From Thermoplasmata archaeon (lineage in GTDB: Archaea > Thermoplasmatota > Thermoplasmata > RBG-16-68-12), in contig DATEUA010000141.1 in assembly GCA_035283405.1 (NCBI GenBank), positions 8,984 to 72,983 of the forward strand: a DNA stretch of 64,000 nucleotides, written 5' to 3'. The position numbers and the translations under genes are program-made. Shown piece by piece: positions 9,468-16,810 of the stretch. Positions within the stretch are counted from its first letter, which is position 1. Every line of letters starts with the position of its first letter. The notes beneath the pieces were generated by a model that made no database searches, was not told the DNA's origin, and saw only the letters and a program-made list of their open reading frames with translations.

Positions 9468-10241
9468 ATGCCCGCGAGGGGACCCGAGGACAATGGGAAT
9501 CGTGAGCGGTGCGCCACGGGCATCGAGGGGATCGACCACATCCTGAACGGCGGAATCCCGCGCGGGAACACGGTCCTCGTCGCCGGATCCGTCGGCACGG
9601 GGAAGACCTCGATCTGCATCGAGTTCCTCATCCACGGGGCCCTCAACGCGGAGAACTCCCTGTACATGAGCGTCACGGAGCCCAGCGCGAAGCTACTCCG
9701 AAACCTGATCCCGTTCGACTTCTTCGACGATCGCCTCGTGAAACAGGGAAAGCTCGCATTCGTGGACTTGCCAGGGATCTACGAGAGACTCGGCATCGAC
9801 GAGAAGGCAGAGTTCTCCTTCGACGAGATCAAGCGCCTCGTGGACGCGATTTCGGACCTCGTGGATAAGCACAACGTGAAGCGCTTCGTCCTCGACTCTG
9901 TGACTTCCGTGTCGTACCGGCTCGAGGATCGGGAGCTCATCCGGGAATTCCTCCTTCGGCTCGGGATGGTCCTGAGTGCGAAGAACTGCACGTCCCTCCT
10001 TGTGTCGGAGTTCACGGCGTCCGAAGTAGGATACTCGCGCCTCGGCGTCGCGGAGGCGATCACGGACGGAGTCATCGTCACGGGAAACCTGGAGCGCCGG
10101 GGGGACCTCCTGCGCACCTTGCAGGTCGTCAAGATGCGGGGGACCTCCCACAGCCGGGCGAAGTACGTCCTCGATCTCACGACGAGCGGAATCCTCCTCG
10201 TGCCGCTCCTGAAGGGCGGCAGCATTCCCGGAGGCGGATGA
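9468..10241 (+). CDS. KaiC-like RecA-superfamily ATPase (single domain)
   Basis: GIEGIDHILNGGIPRGNTVLVAGSVGTGKTS (Walker A) and the Walker B-like RFVLDSV are present. A TATA-like catatatcg lies about 30 nt upstream. Confidence 0.7.
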   Translation: MPARGPEDNGNRERCATGIEGIDHILNGGIPRGNTVLVAGSVGTGKTSICIEFLIHGALNAENSLYMSVTEPSAKLLRNLIPFDFFDDRLVKQGKLAFVDLPGIYERLGIDEKAEFSFDEIKRLVDAISDLVDKHNVKRFVLDSVTSVSYRLEDRELIREFLLRLGMVLSAKNCTSLLVSEFTASEVGYSRLGVAEAITDGVIVTGNLERRGDLLRTLQVVKMRGTSHSRAKYVLDLTTSGILLVPLLKGGSIPGGG

Positions 10242-10242
10242 C

Positions 10243-10830
10243 GTGACCGTCACGAGGGAAATCGCGGACAAACTGTCCGCGCTCCCGGAGGCCTCTGCGG
10301 TCTCCCTCCGGCTCGGAACGGACCAGTACTTCGACGCGATCCAAGGGATGCTCGACGTGTTCGCTTCGAAGAACAATCTGGAGGTCTTCTACATCACCTC
10401 GACGATCCCGTCGCAGAGCATCATCAACGCTCTCGAGGTCCTCGAGATCCCCCTCGACCGCATCTGGTTCGTCGACTGCATCAGCCAGATCATGATGTCC
10501 GCCGCGAAGCGGCACACGCATTCGATCGTCGTCGAAAGCCCCACGATGCTCGAGAATCTCATGCTGAAGATCGAGTTCCTGATGCGGAAGCATCCGGAAC
10601 GGAAGGCCCTCGTGGTCTTGGACTCGATCAATTCCCTCGCGATCCACAACAACACGAAGATTCTCAGCGAATTCCTGCACATCTTCGTGAACAATCTACG
10701 CTCCCACGGGGCGTACACAGTGATCTTCTCGATGCAGGAGTACGAGACGGATGAGATTCGTAACATGCTCGTAATCGTCTGCGACGAGACCCTCGAACTG
10801 GGGCACGACCTGAAAGCCCTCGCAGAGTGA
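10243..10830 (+). CDS. KaiC-like paralog lacking a P-loop (probably non-catalytic partner)
   Basis: It sits 1 nt after the upstream KaiC-like gene and has a RecA-like core (KALVVLDSINSLA, Walker B-like) but no GxxxxGKT/S. Local GC is clearly lower than the flanks. Confidence 0.4.
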   Translation: MTVTREIADKLSALPEASAVSLRLGTDQYFDAIQGMLDVFASKNNLEVFYITSTIPSQSIINALEVLEIPLDRIWFVDCISQIMMSAAKRHTHSIVVESPTMLENLMLKIEFLMRKHPERKALVVLDSINSLAIHNNTKILSEFLHIFVNNLRSHGAYTVIFSMQEYETDEIRNMLVIVCDETLELGHDLKALAE

Positions 10831-10979
10831 GAGGTCGTCGGGCGTACGGTCGGCAGGCCCCCGCACCCCTGATTCTCAGCACGGGGAATACACGATTCGT
10901 TCCCTGCTTCAGGGAATCGTTCTCAGGGGGGAGCGGCCGCCGCGCTACCTTTACGCCCTACGAGTCCAACGTCATTCAT

Positions 10980-10993
10980 GCGGCGAAAGCCGC
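10980..10993 (+). promoter_or_regulatory. Conserved 5'-leader hairpin (GCGGC-GAAA-GCCGC, GNRA tetraloop) followed by GGAAGGA and the pilin-1 ATG
   Basis: The same 33-nt leader (gcggcgaaagccgcaggaaggacaaaaccATG) occurs upstream of both pilin paralogs. Confidence 0.5.
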
Positions 10994-11008
10994 AGGAAGG
11001 ACAAAACC

Positions 11009-11464
11009 ATGAGTGCCCTCATCCGGAAGGATGAGCTGGCGGTGTCTCCCGTGATTGCGACGATTTTGATGGTCGCGATCACGGTGGTGCTCGCCGCGGT
11101 GCTGTACGTCATGGTGTCGGGCCTGATTGCCCCACCCGGACTACCGCCGCAGGCGATGGGAGTGAGCATCACCCGTTCCGCGGACGGGACGAACTGGACC
11201 GTCGTGATCGCCCACGTGCCGGTGGGCCTGACGGCGTCCGGGACGACCCTCTCCGTCCAGAACACCGGTGGTGCGATCGCCCTGGCAGCCACGGCGTTTG
11301 AGAGCCTCGCGTACGCGTCCGACGGAGCCGTCTACATCGGCGACGGCGATGCGACGGTCGAGGCCGCCGAACGGCTGCTCATCAGCACCGCGACGTACCC
11401 GACGGGGTACCGTGTGGAGATTTCCGACGGCCGGAACCTCCTCTACGCAGGGAACCTCCAGTAG
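11009..11464 (+). CDS. Archaeal type IV pilin-like protein with a class III signal peptide (Pilin_N type)
   Basis: The N-terminus RKDELAVSPVIATILMVAITVVLAAVLYVMVSG is the hallmark archaeal prepilin signal with a hydrophobic helix. An NWT sequon is present. Confidence 0.75.
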   Translation: MSALIRKDELAVSPVIATILMVAITVVLAAVLYVMVSGLIAPPGLPPQAMGVSITRSADGTNWTVVIAHVPVGLTASGTTLSVQNTGGAIALAATAFESLAYASDGAVYIGDGDATVEAAERLLISTATYPTGYRVEISDGRNLLYAGNLQ

Positions 11465-11505
11465 TCAGGCCGCCTGAACCCTCTTCCCTTTTTTCTTTTT
11501 CTTCG
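11465..11505 (+). terminator. Pyrimidine/T-rich tract downstream of pilin 1 (archaeal oligo-T terminator)
   Basis: ccctcttcccttttttctttttcttcg follows the stop codon immediately. Confidence 0.45.
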
Positions 11506-11727
11506 CGGTGGAGCGGTGGGAATCGCACCGTCATCGTGCGATGACCATCGCGCAGAATCAGAGTCCGGCCAGGGCTCCGAGGCTGCGAGGACCGCCCCCC
11601 GGCGTCGTCATCAGGCGTGATTCCCACGGGAGAGAACTTGATCCGGACGACAACGCTCAAAGAGTCGTTCTCAAATCAGAAAAATCACCGCGAAACGTTT
11701 ATCCCCGTCTCTCCCCCCCTCCTCCAG

Positions 11728-11741
11728 GCGGCGAAAGCCGC
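11728..11741 (+). promoter_or_regulatory. Second copy of the leader hairpin GCGGC-GAAA-GCCGC before pilin 2, with an upstream TATA-like aacgtttat near 11693
   Basis: The leader is identical to 10980-10993. The ATG is at 11757. Confidence 0.5.
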
Positions 11742-11756
11742 AGGAAGGACAAAACC

Positions 11757-12212
11757 ATGAAAGCCATCATCCGAAAGGATGAGCAGGCGGTGTCCCCCGT
11801 GATTGCGACCATCCTGATGGTCGCCATTACGGTGGTGCTCGCCGCGGTGTTGTACGTCATGGTCTCCGGCCTTTTGGTCGGACCAGGCGGCGGCCCGCGG
11901 TCGATGGGCATCAGCATCAGCCGCTCCGCGGATGGTACGAACTGGACCCTCGTGATCGCATCGTCCCCAACGGGACTCACGACGTCCGGGACGAGCCTTA
12001 CCATCCTGAATGCGGGCGGTGCGATTGCCCTAGCATCTGAGGCGTTCAGCAGCCTCGCGTATGCGTCCGACAGAGCAGTCTACATCGGCGACGCCGACAC
12101 GACGGTCGAAGCCTCAGAGCGGCTGCTCGTCAGCACCAGCACCTACCCGACCGGATTCCGCGCTGAGATCTCGGACGGCGCGGGTCTCCTGTTCTCTGGA
12201 ACCCTCCAGTAA
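11757..12212 (+). CDS. Archaeal type IV pilin-like protein, tandem paralog of 11009..11464
   Basis: MKAIIRKDEQAVSPVIATILMVAITVVLAAVLYVMVSG has the same class III signal. It is collinear over its whole length with the upstream paralog (same SADGTNWT sequon and ...LLxSTxTYPTGxRxEISDG...LQ C-terminus). Confidence 0.75.
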   Translation: MKAIIRKDEQAVSPVIATILMVAITVVLAAVLYVMVSGLLVGPGGGPRSMGISISRSADGTNWTLVIASSPTGLTTSGTSLTILNAGGAIALASEAFSSLAYASDRAVYIGDADTTVEASERLLVSTSTYPTGFRAEISDGAGLLFSGTLQ

Positions 12213-12351
12213 GCAGGCGCTGCGAACCTACTTCCCTTTTTCCTTTCTTCTTTCCCTTTCTTCAGCGCACGAACGCTCTCGACACAAGCCGACCCGGCCC
12301 GACCTTGCCTTTATGTTCCCCACGCGGTTAAGGCGCGCGGAGGCGACCCCC

Positions 12352-12789
12352 ATGCCATCCGTGGACGTTGCCGTGGTCTACGCGGACGGGGGTTCCCGAG
12401 GAAACCCGGGCCCCTCGGCGATCGGGGTGGTCGTCGCCGACGAACGAGGGACCGTCCTGCTCGAGCACAAGGAATCGATCGGTCGCGGGACGAACAACGA
12501 AGCCGAATACCGCGCGATCGCCACGGGCCTTGACCTTGCCGGCCGATTCACGCGAAAGGACGTTCGATGCGTCTCCGACAGCGAGCTCGCGGTTCGACAG
12601 CTCACCGGACGGTACGGCCTCGATAGCCCCGGGCTCCAACCTCTGTTCCACCGGGTCAAGCGGCTCGAACGCACGTTCCATCGTGTGAGCTATGAGAGCC
12701 GCCCCCGGCTCACCGGCCTTCTTCGCAGGGCGGACGAACTCGTGAACGAAGCGCTCGACGAGGAGGCCTCCGCGAATCGCCGCGTCTGA
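12352..12789 (+). CDS. rnhA: Ribonuclease HI (type 1 RNase H)
   Basis: The DEDD-type motifs are in order: VYADGGSRGNPGPSAIGVV, TNNEAEYRAIATGL and VRCVSDSELAV. Confidence 0.7.
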   Translation: MPSVDVAVVYADGGSRGNPGPSAIGVVVADERGTVLLEHKESIGRGTNNEAEYRAIATGLDLAGRFTRKDVRCVSDSELAVRQLTGRYGLDSPGLQPLFHRVKRLERTFHRVSYESRPRLTGLLRRADELVNEALDEEASANRRV

Positions 12790-13046
12790 GACGGATCTCG
12801 TAGTCCGGCGCGACGACCGTTGGATTCTCGATGAGACATCCCAGCCGTCGGCCGCCGGTCGGTAGGCCTCGGGCGCGTGGAACCGGCGATGCGGCGGCCC
12901 GCAGTCCACGGCCATCTGGGGTCGGGGCGCGGTTTGCCCGCCACACCAAGTCGAGTGCAGAACTGAGCACGCTCGCAGATTGCCGAGTCCGGAAAGCTTG
13001 ATGGCGTTCCCCGCTGTTCCCTGACCGAACGCTCGGAGAGGCTTCC

Positions 13047-14888
13047 GTGGAGGAACGCGACCGTCGTCCACCGTTCGGCCTGATTCTCGCGGTCGCCGTC
13101 CTGTCGCAAGGTCTTGTCATCACGACCGCCCCGTCCGCAGCGATCCTCCTGGCGCACGACGTCGCGGACACGGAAGGAGTCGCATGGGATCACGGAGTCG
13201 ACCGAGGCCCGGGAACACCGGCCCCCACCGCGAGCGGGGATGGATTCCTTCGCGTCACGACGGGCATCGACCTCCATCCGGAAAGCGGGGTGCCCGGGAA
13301 GATCCTCGTCGACGGAGTCCCTCGGGACGAATGGGGTCTGACGTGGCTGAAGATGGATCCCGGGGCGCACGTCGTCTCCTTCTTGGACGTCCCGGGACTC
13401 GACACCCCGGGCCCCACGGAGGTGACGGTCACCGCAGGGGAGACGTCCTCCGTCGTGGGCGAGTATCGCGCGAGGGGCTGGCTGCGGGTCCTCACGGACC
13501 CTTCGGTTCCCGGGACGATCTCTGTGGACGGGATCCCGCGAAACGATTGGGGCATGTGGATGGCCATACGACCCGGAACCTACAGCGTCTCGTTCGGTGC
13601 CGTTGCGGGGTACCGTCCGCCGGAGCCCATCCCTGTCGAGGTCTTTGCGGATCGGCAGACGACGGTCACCGGGGCGTACGCGCGGGACGACGCGTTTCCG
13701 GGACCGGATCCGGCGACGTTCGGGCTGCTCCGCGTCGAGACGGCCCTTGACGACGGTCGGCCTGGGGTGATGACCCAGATTCTCCTCGACGGAGCGCCGC
13801 GGGACGAGTGGGGGCTCACCTGGGTCAAAGTCCCCCCGGGTACGTACACGCTTTCCGTGACGGACGTGCCGGGCCTCGGGACTCCCGAGGATCAGACCGT
13901 GAGCATCGCTGCGGGTGCAACGACCGTCGTACGGGCAGTCTTCCAGCGCCTCGGCTCGCTGCGCATCCTGACGGATCCGCCCACGCCTGCGACCGTCTCC
14001 GTGGACGGGGTCCGACGGAACGACTGGGGGATGTGGATGTCCGTGCCGCCGGGGACGTACGACGTTTCGTTCGAATCGCTCGTGGATCTTCCCGCGCCCA
14101 CTCCTCAGCGCGTCGCGGTCGCCGCAGGCGAACTCACGCAGGTCGCAGGTTCGTCTGCCCAGCCTGAACGTTCGCTGAACTGGGCGGGATACATCGTCGC
14201 GAGTGACTTCGACCGGCCCGAGCCCATCGTGGATTCCGCGCGTGGCTCCTGGATCGTCCCCGAGGTGCCCCTGACGGAGGACACGAGGTACTCGTCTGTC
14301 TGGGTCGGCATCGGCGGATTCTTTTTCGGGGATCTTTCGCTGATCCAGATCGGGACGGAGGCGGACAGCTCGCGCCTCGAGACCCTGTACGCCGCATGGT
14401 TCGAGCTCCTTCCGGATCCGGCGATCCGGATCACGGACCGCATGACATCGTGCCCATCCGAGACGAACTCGCACGTCTGCGTCGTGAGGCCCGGCGACTT
14501 GATCGACGCGTCCGTCGACCTGGTCGATCCTGCGCAGAATCGATGGACGCTGTCCCTCTCCGACCTCACCCAGGGCTGGCGATTCGACCTCACGACGGGC
14601 TACGCCTCGTCTCGCCTATCCGCGGAGTGGATCGTCGAGCGACCGGTCGTGTGTCGCCCGCAGTTCTGCTACCTGACGAATCTCCCGCTGTTTGGCACGG
14701 CGAGCCTCGGATCCGATGCGACAGGGATTGCCGGCACGAACGTGGCGACGATCGGCGGATTCCGCGCCCCGCTGGGCGCGTTCGCGCGGCGTGAGATCAT
14801 CATGCACGCGTCGGTCACCGTAGTCCTTGCGGATCCGTCGCCGGTCAGCCTGAGCGGGACGAGCTTCTCCGTGCTGCGAATCACGTGA
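13047..14888 (+). CDS. Secreted protein with four PEGA-type repeats and a C-terminal peptidase G1 (eqolisin, glutamic peptidase) domain
   Basis: A signal/TM sequence (FGLILAVAVLSQGLVITTAP) starts the protein. Four repeats of about 95 aa follow (LRVxT...PGxIxVDGxPRxxWGxW...PGTYxVSF), which is PEGA-like. The C-terminal domain reads NWAGYIV...SWIVPEV...SSVWVGIGG...LIQIGTE...YAAWFELLPD...AEWIVERP. That matches the eqolisin layout, with putative catalytic Gln in IQIGT and Glu in EWIVE. The start is GTG. Confidence 0.55.
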   Translation: MEERDRRPPFGLILAVAVLSQGLVITTAPSAAILLAHDVADTEGVAWDHGVDRGPGTPAPTASGDGFLRVTTGIDLHPESGVPGKILVDGVPRDEWGLTWLKMDPGAHVVSFLDVPGLDTPGPTEVTVTAGETSSVVGEYRARGWLRVLTDPSVPGTISVDGIPRNDWGMWMAIRPGTYSVSFGAVAGYRPPEPIPVEVFADRQTTVTGAYARDDAFPGPDPATFGLLRVETALDDGRPGVMTQILLDGAPRDEWGLTWVKVPPGTYTLSVTDVPGLGTPEDQTVSIAAGATTVVRAVFQRLGSLRILTDPPTPATVSVDGVRRNDWGMWMSVPPGTYDVSFESLVDLPAPTPQRVAVAAGELTQVAGSSAQPERSLNWAGYIVASDFDRPEPIVDSARGSWIVPEVPLTEDTRYSSVWVGIGGFFFGDLSLIQIGTEADSSRLETLYAAWFELLPDPAIRITDRMTSCPSETNSHVCVVRPGDLIDASVDLVDPAQNRWTLSLSDLTQGWRFDLTTGYASSRLSAEWIVERPVVCRPQFCYLTNLPLFGTASLGSDATGIAGTNVATIGGFRAPLGAFARREIIMHASVTVVLADPSPVSLSGTSFSVLRIT

Positions 14889-14961
14889 GGGCGCGGCCCC
14901 TCCAGCTACCCAGGCGTCCAAGAGGGATCGAGATTGCGTCTCGGGAGCATGAAGCGGGCGC

Positions 14962-15216
14962 CTACCACGTCCACTTGAACTCTTCGATCGGGAGGGCCAG
15001 GGACGTCGTCGTCTCTGCGACCCGGCCGAACTGGACCATGAAATCCGCCGCGGTGGACGGGTCTGGCGCCTCGAAGATGACGAGGGCATCGGGGTTGCCG
15101 AGGAGGCCCAGGAACTCGTGGACCACGACTTTGTTCGGAAGCTTCGGGTGCCTGAACACCCGAGTCGCCTCCTCGAGTTGTCCCGGGATGACCTTCAACT
15201 GGGTGACGAACAGCAT
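14962..15216 (-). CDS. Small GYD-domain-like protein
   Basis: It is 84 aa with MLFVTQLKV...LGNPDALVIFEAPD...VQFGRVAETTT, the pattern of GYD-family proteins with G-x-D in place of GYD. Confidence 0.35.
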   Translation of the reverse strand: MLFVTQLKVIPGQLEEATRVFRHPKLPNKVVVHEFLGLLGNPDALVIFEAPDPSTAADFMVQFGRVAETTTSLALPIEEFKWTW

Positions 15217-15264
15217 AGGCTCACGACGGCGTCCGCATCCCGCGGCCTCTTATTTAACCGTTGG

Positions 15265-15738
15265 TCATCGCGGCCCGGTCTGCGCCGAGTCCCAGCGGTG
15301 CACACGCACATGCACCAACGAAGACTGCGCGACCGTCGTCCCGAGGACCTTGTCGGACCAGCGCTGCCTCGGATCGCCCTCGACGATCAGCCCTGCGAGG
15401 ACGTCGATGAACGGGAAGGCGAACCAAAAGAGCTTCGGGAAGTTCCGCACGGCCGCCTTTGAGAAGGTCATTGGACCCCGCACGGAGCGGACCTCGAGGC
15501 CCGCGATGTACTTTCCGACCGTCGTCCGCAGGAACGCCTCCGCGAGGGTCGAGTACGTGTACAACACGACCCCGCCCCAGAGCCCGTAGACGATCGGCTG
15601 CCTCTGGCCCAGGTAGTACAGGAAGATCCAGAGGGGGGCGAAGACGAACGCGAGGTCGATCGCGAATCCGATGAACCTCCGGAGCCAGTGGATCTGGAAC
15701 GTCCGGTTCCGGCCCAGGAGGTCGAGGCCGTTCACCAT
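15265..15738 (-). CDS. RDD-family membrane protein
   Basis: HWLRRFIGFAIDLAF carries the R..D..D signature before a hydrophobic segment. A TATA-like ttttatag lies about 30 nt upstream at 15768-15778 on the minus strand. Confidence 0.55.
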   Translation of the reverse strand: MVNGLDLLGRNRTFQIHWLRRFIGFAIDLAFVFAPLWIFLYYLGQRQPIVYGLWGGVVLYTYSTLAEAFLRTTVGKYIAGLEVRSVRGPMTFSKAAVRNFPKLFWFAFPFIDVLAGLIVEGDPRQRWSDKVLGTTVAQSSLVHVRVHRWDSAQTGPR

Positions 15739-15877
15739 GAGTGCATCCCGGGCGTCTTGATGGACCTCTCGCTATAAAAATGTCTGGACCCGACCGACGG
15801 ATTGACAATCGTGGCCACTCAGATCGCCCATCATTCATCACGGATCAGCATCGGTTGCATCATCACGGTGGCGTTCC

Positions 15878-16459
15878 GTGCGTACGGCGCCCGGAGGCAT
15901 CAGGTTTGCGCCCCCGCCCCCCATCCTTAATGGCATCCCATCGGGATGCCCGGCCGTGGCCCGCGTCCGGCTCCTCGTGTACGACGCGAAGCAATGCGAT
16001 CCGAAGCGGTGCACCGCCCGCAAGCTGAGGCGGTTCGGGCTCGTCGTATTCGTCCCGAGACCGAGTGCCCTGCCGCGGGGAGCCATCCTCCTCCGGCCGG
16101 ACGCGACACGGGCCCTGTCCCCCGAGGACGCGCCCGCCGCGGAACGCCATGGCCTCGCGGTCCTCGACGCGTCCTGGCGGGCGGCGGCGTTCCCGCGAGT
16201 CTCACGAGGCGTGGCCCGCGCGTTGCCCTACCTCCTCGCGGCGAACCCCGTGAACTACGGGAAGCCCTTCACCCTCTCGAGCGCGGAGGCGTTCGCGGCG
16301 GCCCTCGTCATCATGGGCCACGAGGACGAAGGGAAGGCCGTCCTCTCGAAGTTCGCGTGGGGGGACCAGTTCCTCGTCCTGAACAGACAGCCCTTGGACG
16401 CGTACCGCGCGGCCGCCGACAGCTCGGAGGTCGTGAAGGCCCAGGCGCTCTTCATTTGA
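15878..16459 (+). CDS. tsr3: Tsr3-like 16S rRNA aminocarboxypropyltransferase (DUF367)
   Basis: LLVYDAKQCDPKRCTARKL...ANPVNYGKPF...SSAEAFAAAL matches the Tsr3 core. The true start is probably downstream of 15878, with the core beginning near 15960. Confidence 0.55.
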   Translation: MRTAPGGIRFAPPPPILNGIPSGCPAVARVRLLVYDAKQCDPKRCTARKLRRFGLVVFVPRPSALPRGAILLRPDATRALSPEDAPAAERHGLAVLDASWRAAAFPRVSRGVARALPYLLAANPVNYGKPFTLSSAEAFAAALVIMGHEDEGKAVLSKFAWGDQFLVLNRQPLDAYRAAADSSEVVKAQALFI

Positions 16460-16640
16460 AGTCGGGCGGGAGAAGGTCCGGAATCCCGTCCTTGATCTCG
16501 TACCGGTGGTTGCACGACTTGCAGTACAGGGTCCCTTCGAGGATCTCGTCCTTCTCGACCTGCACCGAGAGCTCGAGATCGCCCTTGCACACGGGGCAGC
16601 ACAGGATCTCCATCAGGTCGCGCTTCATCGAGGCGGACAA
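16452..16640 (-). CDS. Trm112-like zinc-ribbon protein (DUF343)
   Basis: LMEILCCPVCKGDL...LYCKSCNHRYEIKDGIPDLL matches the family pattern. Confidence 0.6.
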   Translation of the reverse strand: MSASMKRDLMEILCCPVCKGDLELSVQVEKDEILEGTLYCKSCNHRYEIKDGIPDLLPPDFK

Positions 16641-16759
16641 GGGTCGCGTCCGGCTTAAGCGCTTCGCGGCGCGAGGCCTTCGACTGCCGTGCCAAAAACC
16701 TCATCCCCGCCGGCTCTCTCGTCGGGGGACCATGGGCCCGGAGCCTGCGCACCCGCGAC

Positions 16760-16772
16760 CCATATATAGAGG
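16760..16772 (+). promoter_or_regulatory. TATA box (ccatatataga) about 45 nt upstream of the aglB ATG
   Basis: It is the only AT-rich element in this GC-rich intergenic region, and the spacing fits a short-leader archaeal promoter. Confidence 0.45.
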
Positions 16773-16810
16773 ATGTATCATGGGCCACTCCCTGCCCGGT
16801 CGGTGCTCCC

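Larger units (their letters stand above)
10977..12263 (+). repeat. Tandem duplication (about 750-bp unit) comprising leader hairpin, pilin gene and T-rich terminator
   Basis: The two units (10977-11505 and 11725-12263) share the leader, the N-terminal 40 codons and the C-terminal region. The spacer between them is unique. Confidence 0.7.
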
